Assembly: GCA_964594155.1 (NCBI GenBank)
Contig: CAZQLH010000001.1
Coordinates: 74,132 to 138,131 of the forward strand
Source: an uncultured Candidatus Saccharibacteria bacterium
GTDB lineage: Bacteria > Patescibacteriota > Minisyncoccia > Portnoybacterales > UBA2143
Length of the DNA: 64,000 bases
Reading direction: 5' to 3'
Shown here: one piece after another, positions 56,905 through 64,000 of the stretch
Position numbering within the stretch: position 1 is the first letter of the stretch
Layout of the letters: the number at the start of each line of letters is the position of its first letter
Program-made: the position numbers and the translations under genes
The notes under the pieces: model-generated
Told to the model about the DNA's origin: nothing
The model's database searches: none
What the model saw: only the letters and a program-made list of their open reading frames with translations

Positions 56905-57132
56905 TTGACAACAAGAAAAGAATTAGAAAAAAAGATAGTTGACTTAGAAGCCGAACTTGCGCAGATTAAACAAATATTAAGTATTTGCGCAAGCTGCCAC
57001 AAAATTCGCGAAGAAAAAGAATGGTATCCAGTCGCAGATTTTCTTACAAAAAAATTCGGAATAATATTCAGCCACAGCATCTGTCCTGAATGCGTAAAAA
57101 AAACTCTACCGTTTGTGTCTTACAAAAAATAA
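56905..57132 (+). CDS. Stand-alone zinc-binding ICxxCxxIR...SHxICPxC domain with a short coiled coil
   Basis: Own promoter, AAGGAGGGGG SD, TTG start; ICASCHKIR and FSHSICPEC motifs. Confidence 0.8.
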   Translation: MTTRKELEKKIVDLEAELAQIKQILSICASCHKIREEKEWYPVADFLTKKFGIIFSHSICPECVKKTLPFVSYKK

Positions 57133-57917
57133 ATTGAACCAATCACCAACAGCCCAAAAATCAACACAAAATAGCCAAAGTTAATTCTTTTGGCTATTTT
57201 TAATAGCATATCAATGGTTAATAAGCCGAAAATAAAAGAGAAAATTAATCCCAAAATTAATTCAGCTGAAAAGATTAAATTATTAAAATTAAGAATAATA
57301 TTGCCTGCTAAAACAATTGGCAAGCTCATTAAAAAACTCAACCTTAAAGCGTCTTGATCATCAAACTTTCTTAAAAGCAAAGCTGAAACAGTTAATCCAG
57401 AACGGGATAATCCTGGCAAAACAGCCAACCCCTGCATTAAGCCTAATAAAATACTATCTGTATTTTTCAAATCATTTGGCTTCTTATACCCCTGCTTAGA
57501 CGATTTAATTTGCAGATAAGCAGTAATAAGAAGAAGCAAGCCAATCACTAAAGTAATTGCTTTAGCTGATAAAGATAATTGCTCTTCCAAGTTAATAAAG
57601 ATTTTAAGCAGAGCAAATCCTAAAAATCCGCTGATTAAAAAACTTATAAAAAGAAACTTAAAGATTTTCTGTGTTTCAGTATTAGCTGATTTGTAATTAA
57701 ACATCGTTTTAATCAAAGATAAAACATCTTTGCGAAAATATACTAAAGCAGCTAAAAATGTTCCTAAATGAAGAAACAGCGCTTGTTTAACTGCTATTTC
57801 TATAGTTATTCCGTCTTTTAAAAAATTCTCTGTAATCAGAACTATTACTCCTTCAGAGCTAACTGGAAGCCATTCAGTAATTCCTTGAACAATGCCTAAA
57901 ATTATTTGTTCTAACAT
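57120..57917 (-). CDS. uppP: Undecaprenyl-diphosphate phosphatase
   Basis: LGIVQGITEWLPVSSEG, HLGT, QG.AVLPGLSRSG.T and SFLMS.P motifs. Confidence 0.95.
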   Translation of the reverse strand: MLEQIILGIVQGITEWLPVSSEGVIVLITENFLKDGITIEIAVKQALFLHLGTFLAALVYFRKDVLSLIKTMFNYKSANTETQKIFKFLFISFLISGFLGFALLKIFINLEEQLSLSAKAITLVIGLLLLITAYLQIKSSKQGYKKPNDLKNTDSILLGLMQGLAVLPGLSRSGLTVSALLLRKFDDQDALRLSFLMSLPIVLAGNIILNFNNLIFSAELILGLIFSFIFGLLTIDMLLKIAKRINFGYFVLIFGLLVIGSIYFL

Positions 57918-57982
57918 AACAACTTATCTAATATTTTCTTAACTATTTTTACCAAAAGATGCCTTGGATCTTCTTGTTGCAT
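57911..57982 (-). pseudogene. Possible 5' remnant of a nucleotidyltransferase-type toxin gene
   Basis: Overlapping ATG gives MQQEDPRHLLVKIVKKILDKLLC*, cut off at the uppP start. Confidence 0.35.
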
Positions 57983-58124
57983 AATTAATTTTATCGCTAT
58001 CTAAGCTTTTACCTAAACGCCATAACAAAGAAGCAATTTCAATTTTCCTATCAGCTGACATTTTTTTAAAAATCTCATCTTGAATTTCTTGAGCTGTTTT
58101 GTTTTTAGGATATTTCTTTTTCAT
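57939..58124 (-). CDS. Small protein resembling Rv0078B-like antitoxins
   Basis: A.EIQ.EIF.KMS...K.E.A..L pattern; TG-T-TAAAAT promoter 6 nt upstream. Confidence 0.55.
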   Translation of the reverse strand: MKKKYPKNKTAQEIQDEIFKKMSADRKIEIASLLWRLGKSLDSDKINYATRRSKASFGKNS

Positions 58125-58163
58125 ACCTGTATTTTAACATCAAAAGACCGCCCTGAACAATGC

Positions 58164-58472
58164 TTAAATTGCTAAAATAATTATTATAATCGCAATAATG
58201 CCTAAACAATAAAGCAAAGTATAGGCAAAAATAGATATTCCATCTTTAATTTTTCCATTAAGAGCTAAATAAGCTGGATAGCCAAAAACTATGGCCCCGG
58301 TTACTGCAGCTGAAAAAACAAGAATAGTCAGCATTAAAGCCGCTATTAAAAAATTAGGCGGGGTTATAGCAATCTTTTCCATGGCCCAGAAAAAACCGCT
58401 GATTAAAAAACAATAAGCAGTTACTCCCAAGGCCTGCAAAAGCCCGATTAAAGATTGTCTTGTTTTATCCAT
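58164..58472 (-). CDS. Small membrane protein (3 TM)
   Basis: Hydrophobic ORF; GAAAGGAG SD. Confidence 0.75.
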   Translation of the reverse strand: MDKTRQSLIGLLQALGVTAYCFLISGFFWAMEKIAITPPNFLIAALMLTILVFSAAVTGAIVFGYPAYLALNGKIKDGISIFAYTLLYCLGIIAIIIIILAI

Positions 58473-58526
58473 AATATTATTCTCCTTTCTATCTATATTA
58501 TATCAGAAAGTTGATATTAATAAAAT

Positions 58527-58567
58527 AAAAAAGCCATGCTGTCTTCATAACAACATAGCTTTTTTTT
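58527..58567. terminator. Intrinsic terminator
   Basis: AAAAAAGCCATGCTG...CAACATAGCTTTTTTTT. Confidence 0.55.
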
Positions 58568-58576
58568 GAAAATTCT

Positions 58577-58921
58577 TTATTCTGGAACAGAATTCCGATA
58601 AAGCGCGCGAAAAACATTGCGAGCGTCTTCAAGAGAATGATTTCTACAGCTCCAAATCATGACTCCATTCTCAAATTGACAACCATGAAAAAGAGAAAAC
58701 TCAACATCAGTCATTAAATTAATATAAGATATCAAAGCAGGAATTTCTTGTTTGCCAAAAAAATAGATGTCTATAAATCCCCATACAGGACTATAAACTA
58801 CTACTGTATTGACATATTTTCCCATCTCTGATTTTTGAAATTCAATTCTATTAAAATTTTCTTCCCAAAATCCAACCTGAGGAAGAGTTCCCCTTACCTC
58901 CATATATCTATACTTATCCAT
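58577..58921 (-). CDS. Hypothetical protein
   Basis: 114-aa ORF with AAGGGGGG SD and its own terminator. Confidence 0.6.
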   Translation of the reverse strand: MDKYRYMEVRGTLPQVGFWEENFNRIEFQKSEMGKYVNTVVVYSPVWGFIDIYFFGKQEIPALISYINLMTDVEFSLFHGCQFENGVMIWSCRNHSLEDARNVFRALYRNSVPE

Positions 58922-58985
58922 AGTCCCCCCTTAATATTTAAAATTAAAATAACTAAAAAACATAATAACAAATCCTGCTGTTCTG

Positions 58986-60155
58986 TCAATTATATTCAAT
59001 AACTTCTATTTCTCTAATAGCTTTTGAAATTAATTTATCTAAATCTAATTCTTTTTCTAATTCCTTGATTATTTCTAATTTAGCTGCAGCGGTCTGTCGC
59101 TTGGGGACAAATAAAGTGCAGCAATCTTCCTGGGGTTTAATAGAAATATTAAAAGTTTTAATTTGTTCAGCTAAAGAAATTATTTCTTCTTTATCCATCC
59201 CAATTAATGGCTGGAAAATAGGGATCATTATATTCTCCTGGGTTATCTGGAAATTAGGCAAGGTTTGAGAACTAACCTGACCTAAGCTTTCTCCAGTAAC
59301 CAAAGCCTGATAATTTTCCTTTTGAGCAATGTCTTGGGCAATTTCTAACATTAATTTCCTGTAGAAAATAACTCGGTACTTAGCTAAGATTTTTATTTTT
59401 ATTTCCTTTTGAATTTCTGAAAAAGGAATAAGATAAAGTTTTAATTTTGACTGGTAATTTAAAAATACTTTAGCTAATTCTTTTGTCTTTTCAATGCTTG
59501 CCTTGGAAACCAAAGGAAAACTATGAAAATGAAGCCAAATATTTTCTGCGCCTCTTTTAGCTATTAAATAAGCAGCCACTGGAGAATCTATTCCCCCGGA
59601 AATTAAAGTTAATACTTTTCCTTGACTGCCTACTGGCAAACCGCCAGATCCTTTTTGTTTTTTAAAATAAATAAACCAGCCATGTTTTCTTCCTTCAATA
59701 AAAATTTCTTTTTTAGGATTATCAAGATTAACCTTTCTCTCTATATTCTCGGCAATCTCTTTTATTGCTTGCTCTGTTCTTTTTTTAACCAAAGGCCCCT
59801 TTTTAATCCTTAAAGCAAAACTTTCGTCTTTTTTAATCCAATCTTGGTAATTCTCTTTGACAAAATTATTCATTTGTTCAAAGCTTGCTTCTTCTAAAAA
59901 GCAAGCTTGAGCAAACCAAACAAGACCAAAAACCTTCTCTAAAACAGATGAAGTTTTTTTAAAATCTTTTGTTTTAACAAAGATTCTTTCACGCCAAGGA
60001 TAAATCTCAAACTCAATCTTTTGTTTTTTTAATAAAGAAGAAAGATTATTATTTAATCTCTTCTTTAATATCTTTTGAACTCCTTCTGACTTTAAAAAAA
60101 GCTCTCCAAAAGCCAAAATAAACCCTTGTTTTATTTTATTATCTTTATTATCCAT
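58986..60155 (-). CDS. thiI: tRNA 4-thiouridine synthase ThiI (THUMP + PP-loop, no rhodanese domain)
   Basis: GELFLK, GGLPVG..G, SGGIDSPVA, TGESLGQVSSQT, PLIGMDKEEI and EDCC motifs. Confidence 0.95.
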   Translation of the reverse strand: MDNKDNKIKQGFILAFGELFLKSEGVQKILKKRLNNNLSSLLKKQKIEFEIYPWRERIFVKTKDFKKTSSVLEKVFGLVWFAQACFLEEASFEQMNNFVKENYQDWIKKDESFALRIKKGPLVKKRTEQAIKEIAENIERKVNLDNPKKEIFIEGRKHGWFIYFKKQKGSGGLPVGSQGKVLTLISGGIDSPVAAYLIAKRGAENIWLHFHSFPLVSKASIEKTKELAKVFLNYQSKLKLYLIPFSEIQKEIKIKILAKYRVIFYRKLMLEIAQDIAQKENYQALVTGESLGQVSSQTLPNFQITQENIMIPIFQPLIGMDKEEIISLAEQIKTFNISIKPQEDCCTLFVPKRQTAAAKLEIIKELEKELDLDKLISKAIREIEVIEYN

Positions 60156-60159
60156 AATC

Positions 60160-60450
60160 TTATTTTATATTAAATTTATTTTTATAAACTTCTTCTAATA
60201 TTTCTAAGGACGCTTGAACTGATGGGTTGTCAGTATTCTTTAATACCAACCTATCTTTGTATTTATTGTACAAAAAACCCAAAAACTCATCACCCCAAGA
60301 TGGTGTAAAAGTTATAACGCCCTCAAAGTCAACAATAATTTTTTCATCTTTTTTAACTTCTCTTAGAGAAGACTTAAAAGCAGTAATTGATTCCCTGCCA
60401 AATTGCCGACTATTTAAAGTTGTGCCGAATTTTTTAAGATATATAGTCAT
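60160..60450 (-). CDS. STAS-like domain protein (DUF4325-like)
   Basis: L.SR..G and VDFEGV...TPSWGDEF motifs. Confidence 0.8.
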   Translation of the reverse strand: MTIYLKKFGTTLNSRQFGRESITAFKSSLREVKKDEKIIVDFEGVITFTPSWGDEFLGFLYNKYKDRLVLKNTDNPSVQASLEILEEVYKNKFNIK

Positions 60451-60454
60451 TTTT

Positions 60455-61195
60455 TTAAAATTTAATTAATGCTAAACAACCTTGTAAATAAATATTTGAT
60501 TTTTCGATATTTAAATTAACCCTACTTTTATTAATTTTAAGCTTTGCATCACCAGTTTGAAAAATCAAATTTATTTCATTGTCAGCAACAACATTTCTAA
60601 CAAACTTTAATCCATTACCGCGATGCTCTGGAGCGCGTCCAGAGATTACTTCGTTAAAGGCAACATCTAACGCCTTCTGATGAGTTGATAATTTTGGTCT
60701 AACTTTTTTCAACGTTGCCAATATTCCCTGGCCTCTATCTGCTAAAACTATCTTTTTTCCATGTAAATCATAGGCAAAAAATACACCTGGAATATCTGGC
60801 CATTTACCTAAATTATGATCAAAAGAATTATTACCGATTTCGCCTGTAATAGCCGAAATCAAAGGGAATATTTTACCTAATTCTCTTATTTCCCCTAATT
60901 TACCTTCTAATTTTACTAATCGTGCTTGGAATACCGAACTATCAAGGCAATAAAAATCAGGATAGAATTCTGTCTTTAAATCACTTACAACCCAACTTCT
61001 TGCTAATTTAACAAGTAAACTTCTTGTATTATTTTTTATATAATTATCAACATCACTTCTTCTATAATATCTATGTCCAGTTATTCCTTTGCGAACTGAA
61101 GATAACTTATCAATATCATCCCACCGCCGTAAAGTTTGAATAGAAACGCCAAATATTTTAGACACTTGACCAATTGTTAGTAATTTTGAATTCAT
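60455..61195 (-). CDS. MerR-type HTH fused to a GHKL/HATPase domain
   Basis: LTIGQVS..FGVS.QTLRRWD HTH; E...NSFDH N-box, DRGQG G1-box, RGNGL G2-box. Confidence 0.85.
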   Translation of the reverse strand: MNSKLLTIGQVSKIFGVSIQTLRRWDDIDKLSSVRKGITGHRYYRRSDVDNYIKNNTRSLLVKLARSWVVSDLKTEFYPDFYCLDSSVFQARLVKLEGKLGEIRELGKIFPLISAITGEIGNNSFDHNLGKWPDIPGVFFAYDLHGKKIVLADRGQGILATLKKVRPKLSTHQKALDVAFNEVISGRAPEHRGNGLKFVRNVVADNEINLIFQTGDAKLKINKSRVNLNIEKSNIYLQGCLALIKF

Positions 61196-61274
61196 AATCT
61201 ATACATTATTATATATATCTATAGTATATTACATATAAATCTTTGTCAAATCTATACATCTATAGTTATCCACA
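61196..61274 (-). promoter_or_regulatory. Promoter with ATCTATA repeats and a DnaA-box-like site
   Basis: TTGACA(61249-61244)-N17-TACTAT; ATCTATA at 61197, 61217, 61250 and 61258; TTATCCACA at 61266-61274. Confidence 0.55.
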
Positions 61275-61300
61275 GAATCAAAATAAAATTAAAGTTATTC

Positions 61301-63679
61301 TTAATACCCTGTATTTTCTATTAATTTCTCTAATAAGCTTCTTGGAAAAATTGGCGGATTTTCTGTTAAGGCCTGATGATACAAAACAGTAGAAGGAGTT
61401 AAAGCAGGCAATGTATTCATTTCAATAATCAATAAATCCCCTGTTTTAATATTAGTAAAAGTATCAATTCGCGAATAGCCTTTTAATTTCATCTTATTAA
61501 CCATTTTCCCTATTAAGGACTTAGTTCTATTTAACGCTTTTTTATTCATAATAGTTTCTGGCGGCGGGGTGATATTTACCCCGGTTCCTCCTTGAAACTT
61601 TTCCTCAACTGTTAAAACCTCGCCTTCAGCCACAGTAATGCTTGGATTAAAAACCCTTAATTTGCCTTTGTCCTCAGCTACCCCTATGGTTGTTTCCAGC
61701 CAACCGCTTCTCTGACGATGTTTTAACTTATTCCCTTTAACCCTTAAAACATCTGTTTCTATGAATTTCTCAAAAAGCAGTTCCTTCATTGGCTCTAATG
61801 GCATTTCTAAAATATCATTCTGGTTTTTAAAAGTGTTCTTAGATACAGAAGTTGCCCTTGATTTAATCACTTCAATGTATTTCCTTAATTCATTAACTGA
61901 AAAAAGATGAACTACTCCGGAAGAACAGCCATCAGCGCGCGGTTTAACCACTATTGTATCAGCGTCTAATTCTTGACGCAGTTTTTTCCAAAAATCTTTT
62001 AATCTATTGTTTCTCAGGTTAAATAAATACTTGGTTTGAACAAGTTTTTTAGGAATAGGATTTAATCCCTTGATTTTTAAGCTTTTAATAAATTCAGCTG
62101 TTTTCCATTTATCCATTCCTAATCTAGAAACTCTTTCATCAGGCCCATTAAACTTAACTTTTTGTTCAGCCAATGTTTTCTGTAAATTTCCGTTTTCTCC
62201 ATCTCCGCCATGCAAAGCAATGAAAATAAAATCTGAATCTTTAATAAATTTATCCAAAGCCATGCCGGTTGGCTCAAAAAAATCCTGTTCATCTTTATCT
62301 TCTGATAAATCTAATCTATTTCTGGCTCTTCTTTCAAACATTCCTAATCTTTCTTTAGCTGTCTGGTAATTCCTGCAATTATCAATAATCTCTTCAACAG
62401 TATGGTTTAAAGTTAAATGATAAGGCAAGTGCCAGACCCGTCCGTCAATATCCCATAAATACGGCTGTGGATCATATTTTTTTGAATTGCGAAGTTTTAA
62501 CCAGGTATTGGTTCCGCTCATTAAAGAAACCTGTCTTTCTGAAGTATCTCCGCCAAAAAGAATATTGATTGGTTTTCTTTTTCTTTTGATTTTTAAATAA
62601 TTCTTGTTTTTCTCTTCTGGAAAACTAATATTATGGCGAAAACAGGCCTGTTTAACAATATATCTTAAAATATCTCTATGACTCATCCCCACTCTTGATG
62701 CTTGCTGGAATAAAAAGCTGTTTTGTTCCATTCCGCTAATCGGATTAAAATCAGAAAACCATATTTTGTTATCAGGCAGAACCCAGCCGTCAAATCTGCC
62801 AAAATCTTCCATTTCTAAAAGAGAAAATAACTGTTCTGCTTGTGTTTGAATTGTTTCTATTGTTTCATTGTTGAACCGAGGCGGACAATGATAAGTTACT
62901 TGTCGAGTAGGCAAATATTTTTTTCTGTAATCAAAAATCTGATGCTTAGTATAATCTGCCTCTATTTCTGTTGGAACTAAAGCCACGGGCAAGCCAAAGC
63001 GATTCTTTAGGATAATCACTGTAAATTCTATGCCTTGAACAAATGGCTCTATCACCACCCGCTTATCCATTCGTTTAGAAAAAAGCAATTTTGCTTTTTC
63101 CAACGCTTCTTCAGGAGTAGACACGGAAAAAACACCAATACTGGAACCGCCAGCAGCCGGCTTAACCACAGCTCGCTTAATATTATGTTTTTCAAAAAAA
63201 CTCTTTATAACTTGCTTATGATTATTATAATGTATTTTCAAAACATCTGAAGGAAAACCAAAAAAACCATGCTGCTTGATAAACTCATTGGCAATATATT
63301 TATCAAAAGCTCTTTTACATGTTTTAGAATCAGAACCAATAAAAGGAATATTATTCTTTTCAAAAAAGCTTTGGATTCCGCCATCTTCGCCAAAAGCGCC
63401 ATGTATCACTGGAAAAGCAATATCTGCTTTTTTAAGCAAGCGAATTAAAGATTGATCAGCCAAAGGCGAAGCAGTCTGTTTTAATTTAAAATCAAAATCT
63501 GAAGGAGTATTAGAATAAAGCTGGGAAATAGAAATCTGATAAGGGTTCTTTTTGGAATCAAAATAAAAAGGGATGATTTCAATTTTATCAGAACTCAAAT
63601 GATCTAAAACAGACCGAGCTGAATTCAATGAAATTCCCCTTTCCAATGAAGGCCCTCCGCAAACCAACGCTACTTTCAT
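61301..63679 (-). CDS. ddl: Tandem-domain D-alanine--D-alanine ligase
   Basis: Two ATP-grasp Ddl units: GGPS.ERGISL.SA / HG..GEDG / KP..GGSS.GV, and GG.TSER.VSL.SG / LHGG.GENG / KP..DGCSSGV / EMNTLP. Confidence 0.9.
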   Translation of the reverse strand: MKVALVCGGPSLERGISLNSARSVLDHLSSDKIEIIPFYFDSKKNPYQISISQLYSNTPSDFDFKLKQTASPLADQSLIRLLKKADIAFPVIHGAFGEDGGIQSFFEKNNIPFIGSDSKTCKRAFDKYIANEFIKQHGFFGFPSDVLKIHYNNHKQVIKSFFEKHNIKRAVVKPAAGGSSIGVFSVSTPEEALEKAKLLFSKRMDKRVVIEPFVQGIEFTVIILKNRFGLPVALVPTEIEADYTKHQIFDYRKKYLPTRQVTYHCPPRFNNETIETIQTQAEQLFSLLEMEDFGRFDGWVLPDNKIWFSDFNPISGMEQNSFLFQQASRVGMSHRDILRYIVKQACFRHNISFPEEKNKNYLKIKRKRKPINILFGGDTSERQVSLMSGTNTWLKLRNSKKYDPQPYLWDIDGRVWHLPYHLTLNHTVEEIIDNCRNYQTAKERLGMFERRARNRLDLSEDKDEQDFFEPTGMALDKFIKDSDFIFIALHGGDGENGNLQKTLAEQKVKFNGPDERVSRLGMDKWKTAEFIKSLKIKGLNPIPKKLVQTKYLFNLRNNRLKDFWKKLRQELDADTIVVKPRADGCSSGVVHLFSVNELRKYIEVIKSRATSVSKNTFKNQNDILEMPLEPMKELLFEKFIETDVLRVKGNKLKHRQRSGWLETTIGVAEDKGKLRVFNPSITVAEGEVLTVEEKFQGGTGVNITPPPETIMNKKALNRTKSLIGKMVNKMKLKGYSRIDTFTNIKTGDLLIIEMNTLPALTPSTVLYHQALTENPPIFPRSLLEKLIENTGY

Positions 63680-63694
63680 ATTTTTGCAAAAAAT

Positions 63695-64000
63695 TTAACT
63701 TTTTCTTTTAGCTCTATAAATCAGGAGCAAAGCCGCAGCAGCCAAAACTAAAACAATTATCATCCAGGCATTGCCGTTAGCTTCTTTAATAAAAGCTAAT
63801 AATATTCCTTGGTCAAGCTGGGCAAGATCTGAAAAAGCAAGTTTGGCAAAATATATTTCATTTCCATTTTCTCCTCTTGTATCCTGCCAGACAAAAGCAT
63901 ATTGAGAAGTCCCTAAGGCAATTATTGGCTTGATAGCTTCTTGATTTGTTTGAGAAATTTGAACTAATTCATTTTTCCAATGTCCTTTTTCATCAAGATT
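63695..64000 (-). CDS. C-terminal part of a surface protein with a C-terminal membrane anchor (5' end outside the window)
   Basis: Manual translation ...AFVWQDTRGENGNEIYF...WMIIVLVLAAAALLLIYRAKRKS*; VWQD.R...IY resembles a beta-propeller repeat. Confidence 0.7.
   Translation of the reverse strand, partial: NLDEKGHWKNELVQISQTNQEAIKPIIALGTSQYAFVWQDTRGENGNEIYFAKLAFSDLAQLDQGILLAFIKEANGNAWMIIVLVLAAAALLLIYRAKRKS

Noticed and set aside
753-63250. Numerous short ORFs overlapping long genes (e.g. 753-971, 25087-25443, 39646-40041, 62070-62369)
   Set aside because: Antisense or off-frame shadows of conserved genes with no motifs or initiation signals.
63766-63777. AGGCATTGCCGT match to the cassette motif
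   Set aside because: Inside a coding region (NGNAW) with no outer stem; likely chance.

Overview
A+T-rich bacterial chromosome segment with most genes on the minus strand. The gene set and compact protein variants (GAD-less AspRS, N-terminally truncated RF1, short EF-Ts, DUF4012, HTH-HATPase/STAS pair) suggest Patescibacteria/CPR, Parcubacteria-like (inference). It holds a split dcw cluster (murG-ftsW-mraY-dac and mraZ-rsmH-ftsL-ftsI-murF), grpE-hsp20-dnaK and dnaJ, a surface-glycan cluster, dnaB-recR, translation genes, six tRNAs, a MacAB-type ABC exporter, hicBA and a tandem-domain Ddl resembling the plant enzyme. The main candidate for an undescribed system is a four-gene cassette at 14.4-18.0 kb inside the glycan cluster. 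It encodes a LysM-TM-C2H2 zinc-finger protein, a lipoprotein, a LysM/polyPro/beta-barrel-like protein and a secreted protein, and is bracketed by five covarying RGCAATGCY hairpins. The window also carries several families of short palindromic elements but no transposase. These include a 62-bp REPIN-like palindrome, a MITE whose ends supply the stop codons of recR and rplU, and palindromes read in frame inside ribosomal proteins bL12 and bL31. All family assignments are from motif recognition by eye; no database searches were run.
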